DNA of 27,354 nucleotides from a virus (Duplodnaviria > Caudoviricetes). A program made the translations under genes and the position numbers. The notes beneath the pieces are model-generated. The model ran no database searches. It was not told the origin of the DNA and saw nothing but the letters and a program-made list of their open reading frames with translations. Location: the IMG/VR virus record IMGVR_UViG_3300013093_000215, positions 1 to 27,354 of that record; one strand, given 5' to 3'. This document shows positions 7,888 to 16,804 of this stretch, in pieces (position 1 is the first letter of the stretch; each line of letters begins with the position of its first letter).

Positions 7888-8588
7888 AGCAATGTCTCCA
7901 AGAATGTTTTTATTTGATCTGCCGTCATTGCCGTTCCTGTTGCGTCTTCAAGAGCTACTCCATTAGCTAAGTCTTTTTTGCGTTGTTTTGTTTGTATCAT
8001 TGGATCTAATATCCTTTCTATTGGAAAGCCGTATTTAACTCTGGCTTTTAATGTGCTTGGTTTAATGTTAAGTTCTCTAGCCCATTGAGCAACAGTTAAC
8101 CGTTTGTTATCAAACTCAAGCCATACATTAGCCCTTGTATTGTTCATTTGTTGTTCTTGGGTTGCCCAACGGCAATTAGACTTCTCATAATTACCGTTAA
8201 CATTAATTCTATCAAGGCTCATTCCGTCAGGGCACAAGCCCATGTCAGCTACAAAATTATCAAACTTGAGCCATTCATCACACACTTTAATGCCACGCTT
8301 GGCATAATCAATATGCTTTTTACATCTGGTTTTCATGTTGTTCCAAATACGGTATGTTCTTGTATTTGTAAGTCCATGCGTTTTATTGTAATTACCTATT
8401 CTTTGCGAATGTTCACAACCGCAAGATCTAACTTTACCTTGAACCATATCTGATGAACGAACTTCTTTTTGTGTTCCACATTTACATTGACACAGCCAAA
8501 ATGCACCATTCCCCCTTGATTCACCCAACTGCAATACAGTTAATGAACCAAAAGTAAACCCCTGAAGATTATTAATCGGTTTTCCCAT
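7884..8588 (-). CDS. HNH homing endonuclease; C-terminal 31 aa derive from the invaded gene
   Basis: WLCQCKCG, SCGC, WNNMKTRC, RGIKVCDEW and SLDRINVNGNYEKSNCRWAT...NN motifs. Confidence 0.9.
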   Translation of the reverse strand: MGKPINNLQGFTFGSLTVLQLGESRGNGAFWLCQCKCGTQKEVRSSDMVQGKVRSCGCEHSQRIGNYNKTHGLTNTRTYRIWNNMKTRCKKHIDYAKRGIKVCDEWLKFDNFVADMGLCPDGMSLDRINVNGNYEKSNCRWATQEQQMNNTRANVWLEFDNKRLTVAQWARELNIKPSTLKARVKYGFPIERILDPMIQTKQRKKDLANGVALEDATGTAMTADQIKTFLETLL

Positions 8589-8794
8589 TATGGTAATGTA
8601 GATATAAAAGTGGTTAACTCAGTACCAGTTATGGCATTTCCATTTGCATCATTCAATTGAACGCCATTTTTAATGTCACGGACAAATTGTTGGTAGTCTG
8701 TGTTGGCTTCATCAAAAGGTATACAAGCACCATCTGTTGTGCGGATTACACAAGGAGCAATAGCACCATCTTTTTCTAAACATTGTTTATACAT
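8588..8794 (-). CDS. Small tail-fibre accessory protein (68 aa from the ATG at 8794)
   Basis: VIRTTDGACIPFDEANTDYQQF motif typical of small genes following fibre genes; starts 1 nt after the upstream stop. Confidence 0.78.
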   Translation of the reverse strand: MYKQCLEKDGAIAPCVIRTTDGACIPFDEANTDYQQFVRDIKNGVQLNDANGNAITGTELTTFISTLP

Positions 8795-8795
8795 T

Positions 8796-9881
8796 TTATA
8801 ACTCCGCACTTCCATTTAAATAGCTAGATGAAGATTGACCTGCTAATAAACATCCTTGACCAGCAGTTACAGAGCCTGATAATGCCCCATATAATCTTGC
8901 CGTGTCGGTTCCAATGCTTGAGCTAGATATGGAAGATATATTTGTTGAATTTACACCGTAAGTTTTCAAAGAAGAAATTGTAATAGTTGGCGATGTTCGC
9001 ATTGTTACAGGATATTTAATAAAAAACGCAGCAGCAGTTGTAGTATCGTTATATCCTGAACCTAAAACAGTTGAAGAATCAACACATTGAAGAATAAAGA
9101 AATATCTCTGACATAAAGCCAACTCTTGCTGATACTGACGATACTCAAATCCATTAGCAGTACTTCCTACTTCTAGTTGTATGCCTGTGATGTAGAGAGT
9201 TGCGAGATTGGTTGCAACAACCTGAACCGTGCTACTTGGCGCTCTTATAAAACTTCCAGTCCAAGCACCTGCAGTTCCTGATACTGAAGCACCAGCACCC
9301 AAATTAAATCCAACATAGAAACCAACACCATTGGTTGTTCCAAAGTTGTAGGTTGTTGGACCAGTTACGGTTACGCTAATTTGTGTCCATGTATTTGCAG
9401 AGGAAATTGTGTAAGTGAAAGGATATGTTGCACCAATATCACCACTTAAAAATGTTCCTCCAAAGGTTCCAGTCAGACTTGATTGAACCCAAAATGACAA
9501 TGTGACTGTTTTAGGATTTGCAGTTCCCCAACCCAAATCAGCGATGTTGTACCCTTCAATTGCTTGATACATCTCATAGTAATCTGTAGCACCAACTGAT
9601 GTTGCCGCCAAAGAGGTCATTTTTAAACTATAAGAAAAACCAGCAGGTGCTGTGGTTGTTTGTTGAACGCTAAATTTTGATGCAGAAGAAGGAGCCGCAA
9701 ACCATCTATCAACAGTGTATGTTGGGTTTGTTGTTGGAGTAATACTAGCCCCTAAATTTCTTTGGTCAACAACCATCGCACCATTAATAATGCGATTCTT
9801 CATTAAAGAGGCATCACCGGCACCAAGAGAATATCCTGTGGTGTTCTGTATTTGATCTGCTAAGACTGTTCCGTAGCTCAT
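8796..9881 (-). CDS. Tail fibre/receptor-binding protein with a carbohydrate-binding-like jelly-roll domain
   Basis: KNRIINGAMVVDQR...VDRW...TLSFWV...ITGIQLEVGS.A..FEYR....ELALCQRYF signature. Confidence 0.82.
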   Translation of the reverse strand: MSYGTVLADQIQNTTGYSLGAGDASLMKNRIINGAMVVDQRNLGASITPTTNPTYTVDRWFAAPSSASKFSVQQTTTAPAGFSYSLKMTSLAATSVGATDYYEMYQAIEGYNIADLGWGTANPKTVTLSFWVQSSLTGTFGGTFLSGDIGATYPFTYTISSANTWTQISVTVTGPTTYNFGTTNGVGFYVGFNLGAGASVSGTAGAWTGSFIRAPSSTVQVVATNLATLYITGIQLEVGSTANGFEYRQYQQELALCQRYFFILQCVDSSTVLGSGYNDTTTAAAFFIKYPVTMRTSPTITISSLKTYGVNSTNISSISSSSIGTDTARLYGALSGSVTAGQGCLLAGQSSSSYLNGSAEL

Positions 9882-10054
9882 TTTCCTGTTGCCTCAAGTT
9901 GTGCTTGCGTCGGTTGTGCAAGAGTTGGATGTTCCCATTTGGCTATGTAATCTCCACGCTCGTCTAATGCGTTTTCTAGGCGAATTGTGCCTGTAATTGG
10001 TGAAAAATCAACATCAGTTAATGATGGATATAATTTTATTAATTTTTCGTACAT
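9878..10054 (-). CDS. XkdW-like small tail-fibre chaperone/accessory protein (58 aa from the ATG at 10054)
   Basis: MYEKLIKLYPSLTDVDFSP...GDYIAKWEHPTLAQPTQAQLEATGK; TAATG overlap with the upstream gene. Confidence 0.8.
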   Translation of the reverse strand: MYEKLIKLYPSLTDVDFSPITGTIRLENALDERGDYIAKWEHPTLAQPTQAQLEATGK

Positions 10055-10599
10055 TATGCTGTCCTTGCCAAATATCCACTCATGTAATTTCCAGATGTGT
10101 AAGTATTCAAATTTCCACCTGAACCTTGCCATCCCCACAATTCAACATAATCAGTAGTTCCATTCATATAAACTAAATCTGAAACAACAACTTGTCCACC
10201 AATATTCACATTGTTGTTTGTTCCACTTCCAAAGTTATATTGTGTTCCATTTTTATAAATGGCAATTTGAACTTGACCTGAAGCATTACCAATAAAAAAG
10301 ACTTGACCATTAATTTGATAATAACCGGCAATGGTTGGTGTAAAACGATAATTTGTTGTCAAATCAAAATTATTGTTTGTATCAAAATTTTTGTTGTTTA
10401 GAGTTATTTTGGTGTATGTTGAATTTGATATTGTTTGGTTTCCGCTAGAATATGCTCTAAACGCAGGCATATTACCGCTAATCATCATTGTTCCTGTTAC
10501 GTCAGGCATCGTAACTGTTTGATTGCTGTTTGTGTTAGGTGCTTGTAGGGTGTATGTCCCACTACCTGATGCCCCGCCCGCTAAGATTGCTGAACTCAT
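10054..10599 (-). CDS. Receptor-binding/fibre-tip protein with a C1q/TNF-like domain
   Basis: PAFRAY...NFD.TTNYRFTPTIAGYYQIN...YMNGTTDYVELW; AGGAG SD. Confidence 0.8.
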   Translation of the reverse strand: MSSAILAGGASGSGTYTLQAPNTNSNQTVTMPDVTGTMMISGNMPAFRAYSSGNQTISNSTYTKITLNNKNFDTNNNFDLTTNYRFTPTIAGYYQINGQVFFIGNASGQVQIAIYKNGTQYNFGSGTNNNVNIGGQVVVSDLVYMNGTTDYVELWGWQGSGGNLNTYTSGNYMSGYLARTA

Positions 10600-10608
10600 G
10601 TATTCTCC

Positions 10609-13539
10609 TTATAGAACAACCCAACGACTACCCGTTGGGACTGTTACTGTCTGACCTGTTGCCACGCTTACGGGACCCACTGACATTGCACTTGCTCCCG
10701 TTGGGATGGTGTAACTTGCTGACACAGTCAGACTATTTACTGTCATACCATTGCTTGAGTAGTGTTGAGGTGCCTGTAAGTTTCCAGTGCTTGGGTTGTA
10801 TGTATAGTTGGGGTTAGATGTATAAATTGTTAATGCGGTGCCAGAGGTCGCATTAGCAAACAATGGATAATATGTAGCATTGTTGGTGACGTTACTAATC
10901 GCCGCCCCACCTACAGATGACCATGTTGTGCCGTTATAGCCTTCAAATTGTGATGTTGTTGTATTGAAACGCAACATACCTGCGGTTGGTGCCGCAGGCT
11001 CTTGAGCAGTTGTTCCCACCGGCAAAGTAATAGCACCAGTGGTTGGGAAGGACACAATTGATGTCGTTCCGTTAATTTGCATTGCATCGGCACCACTACC
11101 TACAGCAAACCGAATAGAGTTAGCTGTTGTTGTGCCTAATAATAAATCACCAGTTGTAGCCGTCAAGTACACCATATTAGGTGCGCCAAAGCTATTAGTG
11201 CCCGGTGTTCCAGTCCAACCCGAGCTGTTCATACCGAAATCACCGTAGTAGGTGGTTGCGGTCGTGTTGTTGTTTCCTACTATCACATCAGCAGAAGCCG
11301 CCGCACCTGTATTGGTGTTTTGGATCTCCATCTGAACATAATTATTCTGATTGCCTTGCATGGTCAGGATGTGGTTTACATCCGTGTAGCTCAGTGTTCC
11401 GTAAGAAAATGCTCCTGTTGAGGATGTGCCTGAAGTCGTCGCATTAGCCGTAACAGTCGTAAACGCGCCTGTGTTTTGTGTAGTAGCGCCAACCGTACCG
11501 TTGATGTTGATACTTGCGGTTCCTGTTAAATTTGTAACCGTGCCAGAACTTGGTACGCCAAGCGCACCACCGTTAATAACCGGAGAACCCGCAGATCCTA
11601 CGTTTACAGCCAAGGCTGTAGCTACCCCAGTACCCAAGCCCGAAACGCCTGTACTTATTGGGAGCCCTGTTAGGTTGGTTGCTGTTCCAGAACTTGGTGT
11701 GCCAAGAGCACCCCCGTTAACCACTACAGCGCCTGCGGATCCAACGGCGTTTGATAGTGCCGTTGCGACTCCAGTACCCAAGCCGGTAATAGACCCCAAA
11801 GCCGGGGTTATTGTTGTATTGCCTGCTAAGGTTAGTTGACCTTGTGCGTTAACTGTAAACGTCCCCACCTGCGTTGCAGATCCATAAGATCCCGCAGTTA
11901 CGGCAGTGTTTGTAATACTAAATTGTGTACCGGCTAATGTAAGGCCCGTGCCGGCTGTGTATGTGCCTGCCCCAGAAAATTGAACCCAAGTAACGGCCGT
12001 TGTACCTAAAGTGCCGCCAGGGTCAACTGTACAAACCCAACCTGTGTCCGCTTGCAGTGCACCCTCTTCCACAAATACATACGCTGAAACAAGTTGATTC
12101 CATGTGTTTGCGTCTGTTGTCCTTGTCCAAGCGCCAGACCCGGACAAATAAATACCATTTTGTGACGCCGTTGTCTGATTTTTTACCAATACACGACTTG
12201 CAGATGTCGTAATGCCATCAATTGTTTGCTCGCCAGATAGCGTTATGTTTGCTGTTGTAGCACACAACACTGGCGCTTTTGTGTTTAAACCCTGGGCAAC
12301 AGAGTCAACGTATTGCTTAGTTGCAAGCTGAAGTGCGCTTACCGGATCCTGAGTTACCGTAACGGAAGTCAAACCTCCAAGTGTTAAACTTGAAGCACCA
12401 AGGGCAATTGATGTTGTGCCAATTGTAACCGCGCTATTAGATAGCATTGTGTTAGTGACTACACCAACACCACCGCTGTTTACAAGCACACCGGCCACGT
12501 TAGGCAGTATTGAAATCGCAGATCCTGCTACTGGAGCGGCCTGCAATGTGGCTGTTCCGCTTGATGATCCTGCCCAGGTAAGTGCGGATAATCCACTTAA
12601 GGATGTTGTTGAGGACCCTAAAGCAATATTTGTGCTTCCAATAGTTAACGAACTATTAGCTAGTTGAGCATTTGTTATCGTTCCACTAAGCGCCGTTGTG
12701 GGTATTGTGCTTACCGCAGTAAACGCCGACGTGCCGTTACCAACCAAATAGCCGGTCAGTGTAGCGGCCCCTGTACCGCCACTGGGGACGTTTAAAGTTC
12801 CCCCTAAGGTTAGGGTACCCGTTGTTGTAATTGGACCGCCTGTGAGCGTTAAACCCGTCGTACCGCCAGATCCTGATACACTAGTCACTGTTCCAGAACC
12901 TGAAACCGTTGTCCAAATTGTTTGATAGTCTACGTTGTTTGCTTTTGTTAGTACCTGGCCGGGTAATCCTCCCGCAATAACCCCAGGTCCTGCAGGTCCC
13001 GTAGCACCGGTCGCACCCGTGGTTCCTGTTAATCCTGATGGCAATGTAAAATTAAGAACCGCGGCAGTGGATGTGCCTGAGTTATTAACCATCGCACCTG
13101 TACCCGGCGCGCCTGTGTTTGTAGTACCAATTGCAATTGTGGCGGCAGTTCCATTAGTCCCGGCAGGGCCTGTCGCACCAGTCGCCCCAGTCGCGCCTGT
13201 GGGCCCTGTAGGGCCCGTAGCTCCGGTCGCTCCGACTACCTGACCGACGTCTGTAGTCCCACCAACCGCGTTTGTTAACAGTAAATGACCGCTCCCGTTA
13301 ATAGAGGCAGATACATACCCCGGAATAGGCCCGACGGACGAGTTTGTTCCGTCACTGTAATAGAAAATTATGTTATATCCTGAAAGCGCGACACTGGTTA
13401 TTAATTTACCAGGGGATACCGCATTGGCAATCTGGTTGACAATGGCCTGCTTTGTTACGCCGTTTTGGACAATCGGTATTAAATCTGTACCATTGACCGT
13501 TACTGCGACGGGTAGTTGTGATATGCTCTGATCAGCCAT
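10609..13539 (-). CDS. Long tail fibre protein (976 aa) with collagen-like repeats
   Basis: G-x-T triplets, a TKQYVDSVAQGL...RVLVKNQT..SQNGIY fibre domain, internal repeats and a C-terminal YTIPTG..AMSVGP...GSRWVVL module. Confidence 0.88.
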   Translation of the reverse strand: MADQSISQLPVAVTVNGTDLIPIVQNGVTKQAIVNQIANAVSPGKLITSVALSGYNIIFYYSDGTNSSVGPIPGYVSASINGSGHLLLTNAVGGTTDVGQVVGATGATGPTGPTGATGATGATGPAGTNGTAATIAIGTTNTGAPGTGAMVNNSGTSTAAVLNFTLPSGLTGTTGATGATGPAGPGVIAGGLPGQVLTKANNVDYQTIWTTVSGSGTVTSVSGSGGTTGLTLTGGPITTTGTLTLGGTLNVPSGGTGAATLTGYLVGNGTSAFTAVSTIPTTALSGTITNAQLANSSLTIGSTNIALGSSTTSLSGLSALTWAGSSSGTATLQAAPVAGSAISILPNVAGVLVNSGGVGVVTNTMLSNSAVTIGTTSIALGASSLTLGGLTSVTVTQDPVSALQLATKQYVDSVAQGLNTKAPVLCATTANITLSGEQTIDGITTSASRVLVKNQTTASQNGIYLSGSGAWTRTTDANTWNQLVSAYVFVEEGALQADTGWVCTVDPGGTLGTTAVTWVQFSGAGTYTAGTGLTLAGTQFSITNTAVTAGSYGSATQVGTFTVNAQGQLTLAGNTTITPALGSITGLGTGVATALSNAVGSAGAVVVNGGALGTPSSGTATNLTGLPISTGVSGLGTGVATALAVNVGSAGSPVINGGALGVPSSGTVTNLTGTASININGTVGATTQNTGAFTTVTANATTSGTSSTGAFSYGTLSYTDVNHILTMQGNQNNYVQMEIQNTNTGAAASADVIVGNNNTTATTYYGDFGMNSSGWTGTPGTNSFGAPNMVYLTATTGDLLLGTTTANSIRFAVGSGADAMQINGTTSIVSFPTTGAITLPVGTTAQEPAAPTAGMLRFNTTTSQFEGYNGTTWSSVGGAAISNVTNNATYYPLFANATSGTALTIYTSNPNYTYNPSTGNLQAPQHYSSNGMTVNSLTVSASYTIPTGASAMSVGPVSVATGQTVTVPTGSRWVVL
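11522..11790 (-). repeat. Tandem ~48-aa repeat inside the tail fibre (GLGTGVATAL..VGSAG..V.NGGALG.PSSGT.TNLTG x2)
   Basis: Visible in the translation; coordinates approximate. Confidence 0.75.
12981..13233 (-). repeat. Two collagen-like (Gly-X-Thr) blocks
   Basis: GATGATGPTGPTGATGATGATGPAGTNG and GLTGTTGATGATGPAGPG; coordinates approximate. Confidence 0.85.
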
Positions 13540-13565
13540 GCTGATTTACCCTTATATTTATTGTT

Positions 13566-13961
13566 TTAGTTTGTCAAATCACCAGGAGCGCCTGCATTTG
13601 TAGCATCTCGTCTTGTCTGTGTGATGAATATTGAATTTCGGCTTGGGTTGTTTGGCTTTCTTGTTCCGTCCACTGGGCTATCAATCGGACCGGTTGGTGC
13701 TACGCCAGTTGTTAGCTGATCCCCACCCACTGGCCCGATGCCAATGTTTTGATCAGGTCTTGGGAACCTTAGCGCAATATTTTCAGTTTGGAGTGCCGGA
13801 AGTCTCCAAGGATCAAAATTATCCAGGTCATCCTTACAGACGCGCATGCCTGGAAAATTTGGGTCCGGCATTAGATCCACATAGGGAAATTTGCGGCTAC
13901 ATCTGTCGCAGATTGCAACAGAAATAACGCTGTTTCCCCGTGTATCTATGTACTTAGGCAT
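13566..13961 (-). CDS. Conserved phage protein with a CxxC (possible Zn-binding) motif
   Basis: AICDRC...RVC...DP...I.LRFPRPD; coupled to the upstream gene. Confidence 0.75.
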   Translation of the reverse strand: MPKYIDTRGNSVISVAICDRCSRKFPYVDLMPDPNFPGMRVCKDDLDNFDPWRLPALQTENIALRFPRPDQNIGIGPVGGDQLTTGVAPTGPIDSPVDGTRKPNNPSRNSIFITQTRRDATNAGAPGDLTN

Positions 13962-14749
13962 TACACACCAACTACTGGAGGCGTTTGATCGTCGTTTTTA
14001 ACTAAGTAGCCTTCAACATATGCGGCAACGTGTTGTGTGCCTGAACTTGAAGTAAACTGAAATTGCATATCAGTACCTGCCGCAAAGCTATTTGGCGCAT
14101 ATCTATGCACATCAACAAACAATTCAAAACTAATTTGTGCCGCTGATGATGTTATTCCATTTGCTGTTGTCACCAAGTTATAAAGAATATAATTCCCAGT
14201 TGATAGTGATGTACCAGACCATGCATTAATACGGTTTAAGTAGAATGTATATCCTGCAGGTACGGTATATATGGCCATCTGTGATCTGCCATTACCTGGT
14301 AATATTACTGCATATGTATTACCGCCATTTGCCGCAGTAATAGTACCGACGTTATTTCCTGCATTTAAAATTAATGAATTTATACGGAAATATGTATTTA
14401 CTGTAGCAACGCCAGTCGTACCGTTTAATGCAACAACCTCAGATACTGGGTTATAATTTGAATCTAATCCATTAATAGTGACCTTAACGGCAGATGTATC
14501 TGATGCAGATGTACTGACGAGTGTCATTGTTACATTGCTATTTGGGTATACATATGCCTGAGCCAGTTCCCATAAAGCAATTTGTGTCGTACCTAAAGCA
14601 GGCTGATATCCATTAATATTAAGGACTGAATGTCCCATAATTTGATTACGGGCAACCTGTAACGCAAAAGGCTCAGTAGTACCCATCTTGGATACAGACT
14701 GAGGTGGTGATGGTATTTGTTGTAAGTTTGTGATTAAGTTTGATGACAT
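13961..14749 (-). CDS. Putative virion structural protein (262 aa, beta-rich)
   Basis: Long ORF with an AAGGA SD in the structural module. Confidence 0.7.
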   Translation of the reverse strand: MSSNLITNLQQIPSPPQSVSKMGTTEPFALQVARNQIMGHSVLNINGYQPALGTTQIALWELAQAYVYPNSNVTMTLVSTSASDTSAVKVTINGLDSNYNPVSEVVALNGTTGVATVNTYFRINSLILNAGNNVGTITAANGGNTYAVILPGNGRSQMAIYTVPAGYTFYLNRINAWSGTSLSTGNYILYNLVTTANGITSSAAQISFELFVDVHRYAPNSFAAGTDMQFQFTSSSGTQHVAAYVEGYLVKNDDQTPPVVGV

Positions 14750-14766
14750 AATTAATTCCTTGTAAT

Positions 14767-14792
14767 AAAAAATTGGGGGTGATTAGCCCCCA
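14767..14792 (-). terminator. Rho-independent terminator
   Basis: TGGGGG-CTAATCA-CCCCCA followed by ATTTTTT on the minus strand. Confidence 0.65.
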
Positions 14793-14803
14793 TAGGCAAT
14801 TAA

Positions 14804-15334
14804 TTAAGTATTTGTGTAGCCTTGACCAACGTTCGTGATAGAACCGTCATAGTTACGTGCTGTGTAATCAATTGAGAACACACCTGCCAATGTGCCTGTT
14901 ACACCAGAAGTTGTACCGACGGTGTATGTTACTACTGCGTCAGAAGTTCCAACGTTAGCAAGCAATGTAGCGACAGCGGCTGTGGCTGTGAATACGATTG
15001 GTATTACTCCGCCAGTAGTTGTAGGTGTGATTGTTCCTACTGATGTGCCATTTACCGCGACAGTGATCACCATGCCGGTAAAGGCTGATGGTGCTGTTGT
15101 CTCAAATAACTTGACGTTGGTGATAATAGCGCCTGCAGGAATTACGCAAGGATCTGCTGTTGTTGAGGCATTTCCTGTTCCGTAAGTTGTAATTAATCCT
15201 GCGGCATTAACGCCTGAGAATGAATTTTGTTGAGATACAGCTACTGCACCTGTATTATCCGGTGCAATAACGCCATTGTTAGTGGAGTTGTTGTACTTAT
15301 AGACGCGGATCGGTTGATTATAGGTTACTGACAT
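14804..15334 (-). CDS. Putative capsid decoration/fibre protein (176 aa from the ATG at 15334)
   Basis: An AGGA SD precedes MSVTYNQP. Contains an IPAGAIITNV motif and T/G/A-rich strands, and has its own promoter and terminator, consistent with high expression. Confidence 0.65.
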   Translation of the reverse strand: MSVTYNQPIRVYKYNNSTNNGVIAPDNTGAVAVSQQNSFSGVNAAGLITTYGTGNASTTADPCVIPAGAIITNVKLFETTAPSAFTGMVITVAVNGTSVGTITPTTTGGVIPIVFTATAAVATLLANVGTSDAVVTYTVGTTSGVTGTLAGVFSIDYTARNYDGSITNVGQGYTNT

Positions 15335-15423
15335 TTGATTTTTCCTATCAAGAGGGTGTCCCACTCAGTCGCTTGATCGTAGCCCTGGGAAGTAGGCAGG
15401 GCCCTGTTGGGGATTATTCTTCC
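15335..15423 (-). promoter_or_regulatory. Structured 5' leader
   Basis: Hairpin GCCCTG/CAGGGC whose loop CTTCC matches the 5' GGAAG; stem ATCAAG/CTTGAT abuts the SD. Confidence 0.45.
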
Positions 15424-15460
15424 TATTAATATTAATGCAAAATAGTTACATATATCGCCC
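15424..15460 (-). promoter_or_regulatory. Putative phage late promoter, copy B
   Basis: GGGC-N17-TGCATTAATATTAATA immediately downstream of a terminator. Confidence 0.78.
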
Positions 15461-15462
15461 TT

Positions 15463-15491
15463 AAAAACAAAAACCCGCCATATAGGCGGGC
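15463..15491 (-). terminator. Rho-independent terminator
   Basis: GCCCGCC-TATAT-GGCGGGT followed by TTTTGTTTTT. Confidence 0.85.
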
Positions 15492-15509
15492 TGTTTAGAT
15501 CGTTAAGGT

Positions 15510-15770
15510 TTACTCTTCGTCTTCTTCGTCTTCTTCGTAAAGGACCCACTCCTCTTCATCAAAGTAGTACCACTCGTCTTCTACCTCATCGTACCACCAT
15601 GCTGTGTCTTCATCGTCATACTCTACGCCATCATCTTCCTCGTCTTCTTCAAGTTCCCACTCAAACACTGGAACCAGGGTATCCAGGAAATCTTGCAGAA
15701 AAGTAAGGTCTAACTCGTATGGTGAAGATAGGGAGAGAGTTACACCGTTTACGTCAATTGTGAAATCCAT
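15510..15770 (-). CDS. Extremely acidic, aromatic-rich small protein (moron)
   Basis: 37 of 86 residues are D/E and there is no K, R or H; AAGGA SD; flanked by terminators. Confidence 0.75.
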   Translation of the reverse strand: MDFTIDVNGVTLSLSSPYELDLTFLQDFLDTLVPVFEWELEEDEEDDGVEYDDEDTAWWYDEVEDEWYYFDEEEWVLYEEDEEDEE

Positions 15771-15818
15771 ATTATTTCCTTATTATTATAGTTTAATGAC
15801 AATATACCCTATAAAGCG

Positions 15819-15849
15819 AAAAAGGCCCACCTTTTGGGTGAGCCCTTTA
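15819..15849 (-). terminator. Rho-independent terminator after the major capsid gene
   Basis: AAAGGGCTCACC-CAAAA-GGTGGGCCTTTTT. Confidence 0.85.
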
Positions 15850-15864
15850 GTCTATAGAGACATT

Positions 15865-16782
15865 TTACAATCCGGCAGTACCGAATAGGTTACGTGCATC
15901 ATGCCATCCCGTAGCATAACGCTCGGTGGCCTTATAGCGCATAGAATCAGTTTCGAAGTCCCCTTCCATCGATTTCTCCATGGGGCGGCGCATTACGAGC
16001 ATGAGTCCGTTTTCTGCGTCGGTTTGAACAAACCATGCCTTACTGGAGCTTAAACGTGTCACAACGTGAGCACCTTTTGGTAGCATACCAGTAGACTTGA
16101 TTGGGTTCAAATCGTTGTCGGCTGTACCTGAACGGAGTACAGACTTGAGGATAACCTCAGCCTGGAATTCCAATGCAGGTGGAACAACCAATTGCTCTGC
16201 TTTCAGACGGATACGTTTACCGTTGTTGTCGATTGCAGAACGGATCTGAATAAGCATTTGCTCAACGGATGTCTGGCTCAATGAAGCGGCAGTTGATAAC
16301 TGGTTGCTGTATGATCCACCGTTAGCTACAGGGTGAGCTGTGTTGATCAGCGTTACGCCGTCACCACCAACATATCCTGAAGTGAACGCAAAGTTCAGAA
16401 TGTTAGCACACAAAGTCTCCTTAGTCTCAATCATAGACTGAGCCAAGTGCTTTGCAAAAGTTGAGCCGATACGGATGTGATCACCGTCTTCCATCAACAC
16501 TTTGGTCATAGCGTATGCTAAACCGTAGATTTGATAGATAAAACGTGTGATGTACAATGTACCACCTTGATCGTAGCTCACTGGAGTGCCGTCAGGCATT
16601 GCAGGAGCCGCGTTCATACCATAGAGCATTACCTCTTCATGATAGTTACGTGGGATACCTTGGATCTGTTCTACAAATCCTTTCCATTCGTCATCGCGTT
16701 GCTCATAAACACCATCAAAGACTTCGTTGATAATCGGTTCGACTACCGCACGAAAGTCCGTACTGCGCATTGGGGTTGCCAT
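15865..16782 (-). CDS. Major capsid protein (HK97 fold, Mu gpT-like)
   Basis: 305 aa with GGDGV.L....HP, LVVPPAL and GDFETDSMRYKATERY..GW.D.R motifs; follows the scaffold cluster and precedes a strong terminator. Confidence 0.9.
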   Translation of the reverse strand: MATPMRSTDFRAVVEPIINEVFDGVYEQRDDEWKGFVEQIQGIPRNYHEEVMLYGMNAAPAMPDGTPVSYDQGGTLYITRFIYQIYGLAYAMTKVLMEDGDHIRIGSTFAKHLAQSMIETKETLCANILNFAFTSGYVGGDGVTLINTAHPVANGGSYSNQLSTAASLSQTSVEQMLIQIRSAIDNNGKRIRLKAEQLVVPPALEFQAEVILKSVLRSGTADNDLNPIKSTGMLPKGAHVVTRLSSSKAWFVQTDAENGLMLVMRRPMEKSMEGDFETDSMRYKATERYATGWHDARNLFGTAGL

Positions 16783-16804
16783 GGCTTATCCTTTCGTTAA
16801 ATTA

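Noticed and set aside
7884-8700. Group I intron around the HNH gene
   Set aside because: There is no non-coding room for a ribozyme core (genes overlap at both ends), and the duplicated 3' end explains the layout.
7288-10599. Diversity-generating retroelement TR/VR pair between the two C1q-like genes
   Set aside because: Similarity is patchy and not limited to adenine positions, and there is no reverse transcriptase in the window.
7660-14432. Additional TAATGCA matches near 7660 and 14426
   Set aside because: They are intragenic and lack the TATWNATA extension and the correctly spaced GGGC element.
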